From NCBI GenBank assembly GCA_003514055.1, contig DOSG01000008.1, positions 208,087 through 259,162 on the forward strand: a stretch of 51,076 bases of DNA. Reading direction: 5' to 3'. The DNA comes from Candidatus Yanofskybacteria bacterium. Lineage in GTDB: Bacteria; Patescibacteriota; Minisyncoccia; 2-02-FULL-40-12; GWA2-44-9. The notes beneath the pieces are model-generated. The model saw only the letters and a list, made by a program, of their open reading frames with translations. It made no database searches and was not told the origin of the DNA. Below, piece after piece: positions 28,741 to 37,483 of the stretch (the first letter of the stretch is position 1; each line of letters opens with the position of its first letter). The position numbers and the translations under genes are program-made.

Positions 28741-30246
28741 ATGGATAAAGCTATAGGAAAATTAGCGCTAGTCTGTCTTTTTGTTTTGATCGGATCGCTG
28801 ATGATCCACGGCCTTTATTCTATAAACCAAGATATCGGGCGACACATTAAAATCGGCCAAGTCATATGGGAAACAAAATCTGTCCCCGACACAAATCTTT
28901 TTTCCTTTACCGTCCCGAATCACCCGTTTGTTAATCACCACTGGCTCAGCGAACTGTTCTTCTATGCTTTGAGCAGTATCGTCAGTCTCAAGTGGTTCAT
29001 CATTTTTAAGGCCATTCTTAATTTATCAGCATTCTTGATAGTCTACACGGCCGTGAGAAAAAGATCTTCCGTAAGCGCGATATTGCTACCGTTCTTCCTT
29101 GCGGCCATGGTCTTCGTAGAAAGAACTGACGTTCGTCCAGAAATCTTTAGCTATCTATATCTGGCACTGTTCCTATACATATTAATTAAGGCTAAATATG
29201 AGGCTAGATATCAATGGCTCTATGCTCTACCATTCATACAAGTCCTTTGGACAAATTATCATATCTATTTCGTTCTCGGTCCAATTATGACTCTATTCTT
29301 CTTAATTGATCGTTACGCCCATGACAGAGAGAATCGTCAGATACTAAAAACCTCGGCTATCGTCTTCGGCCTGACTTGCCTAGCGACGCTAATCAATCCG
29401 AGCTTTGTTACCGGAGCTCTTGAGCCGCTTAACATAATGCGCGACTATGGCTACAGTATCGTCGAGAATCAGTCTATATTTTTTCTTACCGATTACGGCA
29501 TATCAAAATTCACTATATCCGTATTCGAACTATCGATAATCGCTTTAGCTATAAGCTTTTTCGTAGCACTCAAAAATGGGGCCAGAAAAATTACATTTGA
29601 AGCTCTTACAGCAATAACCTTCGCAATTCTTGGCATCTACATGATAAGGAACTTTGGTCCTTATTCACTTGTCCTGGCAACTATCGGATCACTAAACTTC
29701 GGATACGTTAAGTCGGAAATCAAGGAACGTGGACTGACGATATTGTACACGTTAGCCACTATCATCATCTTGCTAGTAACACTTCAGGTTATCAATGGGA
29801 ATTTCTACGCCTTCACCGCTAGTGGCAAGAAGTTTAATCTTGAAGTTCCGACTGGCGCCGATAATGCAGTTAATTTTATAAAACAAAATAATATTAGGGG
29901 GCCGGTTTTTAATAACTTCGACATAGGCAGTTTCATGATATGGAAGATGTGGCCGGATGAGAAAGTATTTGTTGATGGCAGGCCCGAAGCCTACGGCGTA
30001 GACTTCTTCGAAAAAATATATAAACCCATGCAGGAGAGTCCCGAAACCTGGGCCAGACTATCAGAAGAATATAAAATAAACTACATTCTATTCGCTCATA
30101 CCGACATAACGCCCTGGGCCCAGACATTTCTAAACTATATCATCACCGATAAAAAATGGGCTATGGTATATATAGATAATAACTCGGTTATATTCTTAAA
30201 AGATACCATCGACAACAAGGCCTTGATTAGTAAATTCCGTAAATAA
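28741..30246 (+). CDS. Polytopic membrane protein, probable GT-C-fold (lipid-linked sugar) glycosyltransferase
   Basis: About 11 TM helices; DIGRHIKIG...FS.T.P.HPFVNHHWLSE first loop, DVRPE, C-terminal FNNFDIGSFMIW and VFVDGRPE; function inferred. Confidence 0.6.
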   Translation: MDKAIGKLALVCLFVLIGSLMIHGLYSINQDIGRHIKIGQVIWETKSVPDTNLFSFTVPNHPFVNHHWLSELFFYALSSIVSLKWFIIFKAILNLSAFLIVYTAVRKRSSVSAILLPFFLAAMVFVERTDVRPEIFSYLYLALFLYILIKAKYEARYQWLYALPFIQVLWTNYHIYFVLGPIMTLFFLIDRYAHDRENRQILKTSAIVFGLTCLATLINPSFVTGALEPLNIMRDYGYSIVENQSIFFLTDYGISKFTISVFELSIIALAISFFVALKNGARKITFEALTAITFAILGIYMIRNFGPYSLVLATIGSLNFGYVKSEIKERGLTILYTLATIIILLVTLQVINGNFYAFTASGKKFNLEVPTGADNAVNFIKQNNIRGPVFNNFDIGSFMIWKMWPDEKVFVDGRPEAYGVDFFEKIYKPMQESPETWARLSEEYKINYILFAHTDITPWAQTFLNYIITDKKWAMVYIDNNSVIFLKDTIDNKALISKFRK

Positions 30247-30289
30247 AAAGACGGTACTGATTCTCTCAATACCGTCATGTCTCGTTATC

Positions 30290-31660
30290 CTAGAAATCTC
30301 CGGTGGCACCACCGCCACCAGAGGAACCGCCGGCGAATCCACTAAATGAAGAATCGCTGCCTCCGCTATCATGACTACCACCACCGTAATACGAACTATC
30401 CAAGTGTGTCGAATGATCCGACCTATAAATAGTGCCACTATCCGACGAATATCTCGGCGGATTGAGAAGATTATCGGCGATAACAAGTAGGGCATAGATG
30501 GATACCCAATTAGGGTTAACCGTCTTAGACTGATTTTCAGCATCACTTAATTTACCTTCTGCTTGGGCAATTTGTCTATCATCGACAATAGCTTTTCCTC
30601 GAACAGTTCCAACTTTCTTCGGAACAGACTCGAGAAGTTCTTTCGATTTCCTCTCGGCTTCCTTTCTTTCACGAATTTTTGATTCAATACTACTAATCAC
30701 TGCATCGGGAGAAATTCGAGCAAGACCACGGAGAACATCTCCGAGAGCATACAATCGTCTCTCCAAAGCACTCAAATTATCTTCTTGAGCAATTGCAAGG
30801 GCGTTGAGATTGCTTTCAATATCAGAAACTATTTGTGGAAGAGCGGCCAATTTGTCATTTGCTGCCCTATATTCGTCTAGCGGAATTTCTTCGGCCAGTT
30901 GTTCCAGTCTTGCCATCGCCGGAAGATATTTTACACGGATAGTTGCTATACCTTCTCGGCCAACATCCATACTATTCTTGATTAAATCTTTGAGCTCATT
31001 GCGACGGCGCCTTCGATATAGAAATACTACGGGCGGACCGAATAAAACTGTCAGGGCGAGCACCACAAGGAATATATATTTAAACGCTACCGCGAACTCG
31101 GCATTTACACGAGCCCGTTCCTCTTCTTGCCTTCTCTTCTCTTCGGCTCGTGCTTCAGCCCGTGCTTGAAATGGTTTTGAGCCCAAATGGTCAATAATCC
31201 CATTGACCGTAGCTTCTGTGCCTGCTGGCCAATTATTAGCCTTAAAGTTCGGAATTGCGTATTGCCGAATTATATTACCCGACGTAATGTCAGTAAGATC
31301 CGGCTCAAGCCCATATCCGACTTCAATGCGAACCTTGCGTTCAGCCGGTGCTAAGAGCATCAAGACACCATTGTCTTTGCCTTTTTCACCGATACCCCAC
31401 TGAGCAAAGAGTTTACTTGCGTAATCCTCTATTGGCATATCGCCAAGCGAAGATACGGTCACCACGGCCAGCTCGATGCCCGTAATATCACGATAAGATC
31501 GTAATCTAGATTCCAAATTCTTAGCCTGATCAACAGTCAAAACATGAGCAAAATCATTCACAAAACCAACTGGCCTGGGAAAAACTTGGCCCAGAGCAGC
31601 ATTGGTCATCAACAGAATAGATATTAACACTAGGCCGATTCGAGCTTGTTGTCTCATCAT
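30290..31660 (-). CDS. TPM (YgcG-like) domain membrane protein with coiled-coil region and Gly/Ser tail
   Basis: GFVNDFAHVL, ELAVVTV, WGIGEKGKDNGVLML, VRIEVGYGLE; GGSSGGGGATGDF terminus; AGGAG SD 7 nt before the ATG. Confidence 0.9.
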   Translation of the reverse strand: MMRQQARIGLVLISILLMTNAALGQVFPRPVGFVNDFAHVLTVDQAKNLESRLRSYRDITGIELAVVTVSSLGDMPIEDYASKLFAQWGIGEKGKDNGVLMLLAPAERKVRIEVGYGLEPDLTDITSGNIIRQYAIPNFKANNWPAGTEATVNGIIDHLGSKPFQARAEARAEEKRRQEEERARVNAEFAVAFKYIFLVVLALTVLFGPPVVFLYRRRRRNELKDLIKNSMDVGREGIATIRVKYLPAMARLEQLAEEIPLDEYRAANDKLAALPQIVSDIESNLNALAIAQEDNLSALERRLYALGDVLRGLARISPDAVISSIESKIRERKEAERKSKELLESVPKKVGTVRGKAIVDDRQIAQAEGKLSDAENQSKTVNPNWVSIYALLVIADNLLNPPRYSSDSGTIYRSDHSTHLDSSYYGGGSHDSGGSDSSFSGFAGGSSGGGGATGDF

Positions 31661-31711
31661 CCTGTGTCTCCTGTCCTGATTGGAAAGTTACTAGAATTAA
31701 CCGATGGGCAT

Positions 31712-31739
31712 ATTATACAACTAATTCATTAAAAATCAA
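31712..31739 (-). promoter_or_regulatory. Sigma70-type promoter of the TPM gene
   Basis: TTGATT (31739-31734), 16 nt, TATAAT (31717-31712). Confidence 0.55.
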
Positions 31740-31774
31740 GGTTCGCTATGTTGGCTTCAAGAAACCACGCACCC

Positions 31775-31883
31775 TTCGATCATAGAGACATTGCTCCCTT
31801 GGGCCAAAACATTCTTAAACTACATTGTTACTGATAAGAAATGAGCCATGATATATGTCGATGATGACTCGGTTATATTCTTA
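31775..31883 (+). pseudogene. Degenerate second copy of the 3' end of 28741..30246
   Basis: FDHRDIAP[+1 nt]WAKTFLNYIVTDKK*AMIYVDDDSVIFL versus FAHTDITPWAQTFLNYIITDKKWAMVYIDNNSVIFL (30091-30198); 85 of 108 nt identical by hand. Confidence 0.85.
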
Positions 31884-32426
31884 TTTCCCGATGGCGGCCT
31901 TCGAAACCAAGAAGGCCGCCATCATAATAAGCACCGACAGAGCGATCAGAAACCTGCCAAGACCGAGTGCGAATATGCTACCAATAATTGTAGCCGATTC
32001 TCTTTCGGGCTCGTAACTAATTAAATTATCAGGCGACCCGACGTCGGCTGAAGGCATCGACAATATCTTGCTGTCATAATGGCTTCTGCCAGAGACACTA
32101 ACGAGATTGCCATTAAGCGATTCCGGAACTGGAGAGCTAGTCAAACTTGGAGTTGGCGTGGGGCTAGAAATAAAAAAATTACCTACCGAACCAAGTTTCT
32201 CTGAATAGATCTTCGCCTTCGGAGTAGGACTGATCAAGCCAGAGACAGCGCCAACTGGACCAATTTGGTTAATCGAGCTAGTCGCCTCTTCGACAACGCC
32301 GCTAAGCGTATGGCCCAAATCGCTAGATAGTCTACCGGTAATCTCAGATGCCTCTGCAGACGAGAAAAACCAAAGACCTGCAACCAGTAAAATCGGGCTT
32401 AGTAGCCTATATGCTTTGAAAGCCAT
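31881..32426 (-). CDS. Hypothetical surface protein with signal peptide, Ser/Pro/Thr linker and C-terminal TM anchor
   Basis: The track ORF starts at 32480, inside the upstream gene; ATG 32426 (MAFKAYRLLSPILL...AEA) is the plausible start. Its last codons are a palindromic element. Confidence 0.7.
   Translation of the reverse strand: MAFKAYRLLSPILLVAGLWFFSSAEASEITGRLSSDLGHTLSGVVEEATSSINQIGPVGAVSGLISPTPKAKIYSEKLGSVGNFFISSPTPTPSLTSSPVPESLNGNLVSVSGRSHYDSKILSMPSADVGSPDNLISYEPERESATIIGSIFALGLGRFLIALSVLIMMAAFLVSKAAIGK
31890..31923. repeat. Palindromic element copy H (diverged, compensatory changes)
   Basis: GATGGCGGCCTTC-GAAACCAA-GAAGGCCGCCATC, preceded by TTCCC as in copies A and C. Confidence 0.8.
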
Positions 32427-33531
32427 AATTTGTGTAGTATGGCCCACCGATAGAGCCAGGCGGTATCCTAACCTCGACAACGACTTGCACTTGTCGACCA
32501 GCAGTCACGGCATCTAAATCGCTACTAAGCTTCATTGGATTTGAATAAGTGCCAGAATTGTTTACGATAATCGACCTATTGGGAACATCAGCATTAGATG
32601 ATTGGACCGAATATATCCTCACATTATTAGCAGTAGCTATTATATTAGATCCGCTAGACCAATCATCAAATTTCAAAGACAGATCCTCTTGATTCATCGG
32701 AACCGTGATATCGAAAGCCCATTTCCAGCCATGATCGAAGTTCCCATCGGCTATCGCCGAACTCCTGAGTATAGTTATATTAGTTACCGATATATCACTG
32801 ACATCGCCTGGCTCGCTCGTTGACGTGGGAGATGGACTTGGCGATGAGACCGGAGAAGGTGTTGCCGTAGGCGATGAACTTGGTTCAGGCGTTGGAGAAT
32901 ACGATGAGCTTGGAGTCGGCGATGAAGATGGAGTAGACTCTAAGCCGTCGAACCCAACTGACAAAGATATGAGATCATGGCTTGTATGGGTCTCAGCTGA
33001 AGGATTTCTGAAAGCAAGAAACCTTATCTTTAAATTATTAATCTTGGAAACACTATTTACGATATCCGTCAGATCAAAGTTATCGATGACATCATTATTC
33101 AGGGCCCCTTCCGTTGTTAGTAATAATTGATGAGAGAAATCTACGCCATCCCAGATTTCTAGCTTAGCTCCAGCCAGAGCCCCAGACCTTCTATACTTAT
33201 GGGATATAGATACGGAATTTATAGTTGAGTCTCCCGCAATGTTGGGAGAAAAGATAAATTCTAGATATTTACTTTCGTCGTAGGTGCCATCGTTGGGCCA
33301 AGGTTCGTTACTCTGGATACGAGTATTATCGTTAGCGCTTAATTTAGATATATCGATAGCACTAAAACTAGCCGAAACGTCGGAGCTATCATCAAAACCG
33401 TTGCTGATTGTATAGTTCTGATTAGTACTCGCACTAATATCAGACGATGTAGTAAGCCAGCCAAAACCCCATATAGAGACGCTCACTATAAGAATCGCGG
33501 CAGAAAAAGATTTTTTCAGCTCATCGTTCAT
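32407..33531 (-). CDS. Hypothetical secreted/surface protein; two beta-rich domains joined by a Ser/Pro/Thr linker
   Basis: N-terminal hydrophobic segment, STPSSSPTPSSSYSPTPEPSSSPT linker. Confidence 0.75.
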   Translation of the reverse strand: MNDELKKSFSAAILIVSVSIWGFGWLTTSSDISASTNQNYTISNGFDDSSDVSASFSAIDISKLSANDNTRIQSNEPWPNDGTYDESKYLEFIFSPNIAGDSTINSVSISHKYRRSGALAGAKLEIWDGVDFSHQLLLTTEGALNNDVIDNFDLTDIVNSVSKINNLKIRFLAFRNPSAETHTSHDLISLSVGFDGLESTPSSSPTPSSSYSPTPEPSSSPTATPSPVSSPSPSPTSTSEPGDVSDISVTNITILRSSAIADGNFDHGWKWAFDITVPMNQEDLSLKFDDWSSGSNIIATANNVRIYSVQSSNADVPNRSIIVNNSGTYSNPMKLSSDLDAVTAGRQVQVVVEVRIPPGSIGGPYYTNYGFQSI

Positions 33532-33563
33532 GCGATACCAATGTTTCTTACATTATAACTCCA

Positions 33564-35534
33564 CTACTTGAGCCCATCAAGAAGCTTAGCAAAAGCCTGA
33601 GCAAGCTCGGCGTCTAGTCCAGGCAAAGACATCCCATCTTTTATATTTTTCAACGCTTCGTCACGATCATCCATCGCTCTATACGTCACGGCCAAGTTAT
33701 AATAAGTTGTCGGATCCGATGGCTTTATTCTCTTAACCTCTTCTAGCATTTTTATAGCTTCCTCGGGCTGATTGTTTTTCGCATATATTGAGGCTAAATT
33801 CTGGTAGGCAAACGGGAAGTTATTATCCTTCTCGATAGCAAGCCTATAATATTCCGTCGCTTTCTCGGTATCCCCTCTGTCTCGATAGATGTTTCCGAGA
33901 TTGTAGTATGGCTGAGGATATATATTATTTTTGTCAGCGATAATCTGCTCATATATTCTGGCCGCATCGTCTAGGCGACCCTTATCTGAGTATATATTAC
34001 CTAGATTATTCAATATTCTGATGCTTCCGGGATTATATCTAATTATCTCTTCATAAAACGCTATGGGATTACCCCAGATTAGGTTTCTCCTTATCGATTG
34101 GACGGCGAAAAATAACAGATAACCAATGACAACCAGCCAAAATAGCCAAGTCATCACCGCACAAAGGCGCCCTTTGTATCCGCCAGGGGCGGATAGGCGC
34201 CGACCGCCTTCGCAAGATTGTAAGATGCCCCACAGCTTGTCCAAGTAGAAGGCCAATAACGCGAAGAATCCGATCAATGGCAGGTATAGCCAATGCTCAT
34301 AGATGATGGCATTAATCGGAATTATGCCTGAAACCATACTTAAAGACACAAAGAACCAGGACCAACCGAAGAACCAAATCCTAAAGTTAGAAATTTCCCA
34401 ATGGCGGTCTTTGAAGCCTAAAAGACCGCCATTGCCAGCCGAGGCGATCTCCGACCCCCGAGCTTGGAACTTTCGCATTTCTTTTCTGCTTATATGCCGG
34501 TCTTTGCCTGCCTGCGCAGACGGGCCGCCTAAAAGACCGCCGTCTAAATATTTAGGGCTTAGTGCTTCCTTTCTGTATAAAATGACCCCGATAGCCACGA
34601 TCGCCATTATTGCTAGAAATCCGAGCCAGACTGGCCATTGGAAAAATGAAGTATGTACCGAAAAATCCCTTTCCATGTGCAAACCCGTAGGAACAAATAT
34701 AAGCCTTATATACTCGAGAAATACATGGAAGAAAGTATATATTCTATAAATTAGATTATCGGCATAAACATTCGAAGCATTGTAGAAGTTGAGGGTATTC
34801 TGAAAATTGAGGACGGTAAGTCTCAGGATTCCATAGACTCCGGAAATTGCGAAAAATGGAATCGCCTTAACGATCCCCTGCCACAAAGACTTAAAGAACT
34901 TGTCTCGAGAAAGGAAGGATACGTAGAAGACTACCAGAAGTACTGGCAGTAATATGGCCGTCTCTCGGCTTAGAACGGCTAGAATCATAGATGCGAGACC
35001 TAACGTCCGATACAAGACCTTTTTGGAGCTATCCACATTGATTCTAATGAAAGCCGCAAGAGCCAGAAGCATAAAGAAGACGGACATTGGATCTCCACGG
35101 CCAGATATGTATGACACGGCTTCAACTTGGAGTGGACTCAGCAGAAAAAGCATAGACGCAAAGAAAGAGATAGTCTTCTTCCGAAATACGTACAGAAGGA
35201 TCAGGAATGCAAGTATGGCATTAAAAACGTGGAAGGCATTACTGAGTAAATGATATCCGAAAGGATCGGTGCCAGAGATCGCATAGTTAAAGGCGAAAGT
35301 TAAGAGAAGAAAGGGACGATAATAGTTACTATTTAGGCCGAAACCAGACAATACGTCTTTAGTAAATATTTCCTTGAGATGAGAGAAATCATGAACATAA
35401 TTATTGCCCACTATCCAGTCATCATCGTCCCAGAATAGCCCGTTGTTAAGATTAAAGGCATAGACCCCCGCGCCCAACAACACGATGAGGGCAATCAGCC
35501 CAATATTCTTTTTTATTGTATCAGTAAAAGACAT
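33564..35534 (-). CDS. TMTC-like membrane protein (GT-C-like N-terminus, C-terminal TPRs); candidate protein O-glycosyltransferase, with three palindromic insertions
   Basis: FWDDDDWIVGN, YYRPF, PFGYHLLS, EAVSYISGRGD, SRETAI, YEHWLYLP; TPRs (NNLGNIY, YYNLGNIY, AYQNLASIY). Confidence 0.82.
   Translation of the reverse strand: MSFTDTIKKNIGLIALIVLLGAGVYAFNLNNGLFWDDDDWIVGNNYVHDFSHLKEIFTKDVLSGFGLNSNYYRPFLLLTFAFNYAISGTDPFGYHLLSNAFHVFNAILAFLILLYVFRKKTISFFASMLFLLSPLQVEAVSYISGRGDPMSVFFMLLALAAFIRINVDSSKKVLYRTLGLASMILAVLSRETAILLPVLLVVFYVSFLSRDKFFKSLWQGIVKAIPFFAISGVYGILRLTVLNFQNTLNFYNASNVYADNLIYRIYTFFHVFLEYIRLIFVPTGLHMERDFSVHTSFFQWPVWLGFLAIMAIVAIGVILYRKEALSPKYLDGGLLGGPSAQAGKDRHISRKEMRKFQARGSEIASAGNGGLLGFKDRHWEISNFRIWFFGWSWFFVSLSMVSGIIPINAIIYEHWLYLPLIGFFALLAFYLDKLWGILQSCEGGRRLSAPGGYKGRLCAVMTWLFWLVVIGYLLFFAVQSIRRNLIWGNPIAFYEEIIRYNPGSIRILNNLGNIYSDKGRLDDAARIYEQIIADKNNIYPQPYYNLGNIYRDRGDTEKATEYYRLAIEKDNNFPFAYQNLASIYAKNNQPEEAIKMLEEVKRIKPSDPTTYYNLAVTYRAMDDRDEALKNIKDGMSLPGLDAELAQAFAKLLDGLK
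34161..34208. repeat. Compound palindromic element copy G (in CDS)
   Basis: ACAAAGG-CGC-CCTTTGT, then TATCCGCC-AGG-GGCGGATA, then GGCGCCGACCGCC; encodes GGRRLSAPGGYKGRLC. Confidence 0.7.
34400..34433. repeat. Palindromic element copy C (in CDS)
   Basis: AATGGCGGTCTTT-GAAGCCTA-AAAGACCGCCATT; encodes NGGLLGFKDRH. Confidence 0.9.
34494..34543. repeat. Palindromic element copy D (in CDS; nested near-palindrome)
   Basis: ATGCCGGTCTTTG + CCTGCCTGCGCAGACGGG + CCGCCTAAAAGACCGCCGT; encodes DGGLLGGPSAQAGKDRH. Confidence 0.85.
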
Positions 35535-35571
35535 GAAGTAATTATGCCAAGAATGAAGGAGATATTGTACG

Positions 35572-36324
35572 CTATTTAATCAGATCTTCTAGTCGTGCAA
35601 CATTAGTAGCGGCTTCTTGATTAGACGGATATCTAGTAGCCAAGTCCCTCCACTGGTAAAGCGCTCCGGAAAGATCCATGTTCTTCTCTAGATAAATGGC
35701 ATAGGCCTTAACTAGATCATACTGCCCCCCACTTTTGTCTATGCCGTCTTTATATATGTTCTGAATCTGAACATGTGATATTTTAAAATGGTTTAACTCA
35801 AGAGAAATATAGTCGGTCCAGTGACTTACCACGTCTGGCCTCAATTGTGTTGACTTCTGGATTGCTAGAAGAGCTGAGTCATAATCTTTCATAATGACCA
35901 GCAACGACGATAGCTCAGCATATGTAGCCGCAGACAGTGGATTCGCGGGGTCAGATTGAAGAGCTAGCTGATAAGCCGTCTTTGCAGCTGCATAATTTTT
36001 CAGACCAAGTTCAGCGCGGGCCAATGCTTGATACCAAATAAATTTGTCACTAAGCGTAGTTTCGCTGCTAAATCGTTTAATAACCTCCTGTGCCTGCTCC
36101 TTACGTTTCGTATAGACTATCTCTTCTTTAGTAAGAACTCTGCTAGGTTTTGCCGCGTTTGGCGTAGACGTTGGACTGACTTCTACCTTGATATCTAACG
36201 AGTTCACCGACGGAGAAGGCCCTAAAAGAGATGTCGGTTTATCCTTTTTGAAATAAATACTCGCCACAGCTACGATGGCAATCACAATAATGCTAATCGC
36301 TATATAGATGTTTTTCTTTTTCAT
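35572..36324 (-). CDS. Membrane-anchored TPR-like protein
   Basis: Single N-terminal TM, Ser/Pro linker, helical repeats (AAAKTAYQLALQSDP, ALLAIQKSTQLRP). Confidence 0.75.
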   Translation of the reverse strand: MKKKNIYIAISIIVIAIVAVASIYFKKDKPTSLLGPSPSVNSLDIKVEVSPTSTPNAAKPSRVLTKEEIVYTKRKEQAQEVIKRFSSETTLSDKFIWYQALARAELGLKNYAAAKTAYQLALQSDPANPLSAATYAELSSLLVIMKDYDSALLAIQKSTQLRPDVVSHWTDYISLELNHFKISHVQIQNIYKDGIDKSGGQYDLVKAYAIYLEKNMDLSGALYQWRDLATRYPSNQEAATNVARLEDLIK

Positions 36325-36341
36325 GGTAACAGTTTAAACAA

Positions 36342-37397
36342 TTATCTAGAGTAACTCGACACCTGACTTACTGAAGTATATTCGGATCCCCTGGAATACC
36401 AATTGAACTCCATAGAATTAACGCAAAAAACCTTTTTGAAGAAATCGGCATCATCAATCAGGGCTTGCGCACTCGTAGTATTAACCCAATGCAAAATACC
36501 TGCATCTTCTCCGGTAGTTTCTATCCCATACACCTTCTGGTCATCAGTTTCACAGTTTCTGATCAACCCAGACGTTACCATAGTATCTCGTACAGTAGAA
36601 GTTATGCTTTTAACCTTATTAAATCCACCCAGGTGGCCATAGAAATTGAATATTATCGGATTAAGGAATAGCCTCTTGTAGCCCCAGGCATTCGCTATAT
36701 AGATATCGGGGTCAGTAGAGTTGATCGCTGAGATCGTATCCCCTTCGGTTAGATTTATGGCGGTCAGACTAGTAAAGCCCCTCGAAACTGGAGTAGCCAT
36801 ATTGACTGGATTGGGATTGCCGCTAGGAGTCGGAGAGAAAGATGGACTTGGCGTAGCAGAAGGAATTGGGGTTGGCGTGACTACGGTTCCCGGAAGCGTG
36901 ACAGCATTCCCATAAATAGGTACGCCGACTTGCGTTACAGACTCAGTATCACCGAAGATAAGATTCTTGAAACCAACTCGTACGATACCGGTCGCCGATG
37001 ATGACGGTGTACCACGAATCATGAACGTCTTTGTCGTTTGATAGTTTATCGTAATCTGAGAGAAAGAAAGAATATCTGGCTGATCGCCTGTCGCTGGATA
37101 TTCTTTTACAACGGTATTGGCGCCAGCAGTTACGTTGTATACAACGATGTTGGCAAAATTCTGTAAACCATTAATCGTATCAGTTCCGAGCTGAAAACCA
37201 GTAAGATGAAGGTCGCCAAATGTAGATGAGATATCAATCTTCGCCAAGTCAGCGAGCTGAGCATTTACATCGAGAGACTTTGCTGGAGGCGTACTAACAT
37301 TAAGTACCGCGTTAACCGTTAATCCATCTGCGTTAACAGCTAGAGTGGGTAGACCCAGACAAACGACCGCTATGAATAATCGTAATGAGTATCTCAT
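36342..37397 (-). CDS. Secreted surface protein with a C-terminal domain shared with the S-layer-like protein
   Basis: Signal peptide, beta-rich domain, TPTPIPSATPSPS linker, last 136 aa homologous to residues 44-177 of 37484..40885. Confidence 0.8.
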   Translation of the reverse strand: MRYSLRLFIAVVCLGLPTLAVNADGLTVNAVLNVSTPPAKSLDVNAQLADLAKIDISSTFGDLHLTGFQLGTDTINGLQNFANIVVYNVTAGANTVVKEYPATGDQPDILSFSQITINYQTTKTFMIRGTPSSSATGIVRVGFKNLIFGDTESVTQVGVPIYGNAVTLPGTVVTPTPIPSATPSPSFSPTPSGNPNPVNMATPVSRGFTSLTAINLTEGDTISAINSTDPDIYIANAWGYKRLFLNPIIFNFYGHLGGFNKVKSITSTVRDTMVTSGLIRNCETDDQKVYGIETTGEDAGILHWVNTTSAQALIDDADFFKKVFCVNSMEFNWYSRGSEYTSVSQVSSYSR

Positions 37398-37429
37398 AGT
37401 ACAATAATATCATAATCTAGTTTCCGTGT

Positions 37430-37461
37430 AACCAAAAACCGCCCGAAGGCGGTCTTTGGTT
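37430..37461 (-). terminator. Intrinsic terminator of the S-layer-like gene
   Basis: Minus strand AACCAAAGACCGCC-TTCG-GGCGGTTTTTGGTT: cUUCGg loop, one G-U pair, U-rich 3' side. Confidence 0.85.
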
Positions 37462-37483
37462 TTACTTATCTAATACCGAGGTG

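Noticed and set aside
30804-31169. 121-aa + strand ORF, and similar short track ORFs overlapping long genes
   Set aside because: Antisense or out-of-frame shadows with no independent signals.
31661-31790. Possible tRNA or att site next to the TPM insertion
   Set aside because: No cloverleaf, T-loop consensus or CCA end found, and no integrase in the window.
31840-31845. TGA aligned to TGG as a sign of stop-codon reassignment
   Set aside because: It is in a frameshifted remnant, and TGA ends intact genes (e.g. 21268-21270, ATGA overlap).
34303-34749. 148-aa + strand ORF containing RPPKR-like repeats
   Set aside because: Antisense to the TMTC-like gene; the repeats simply reflect the palindromes.
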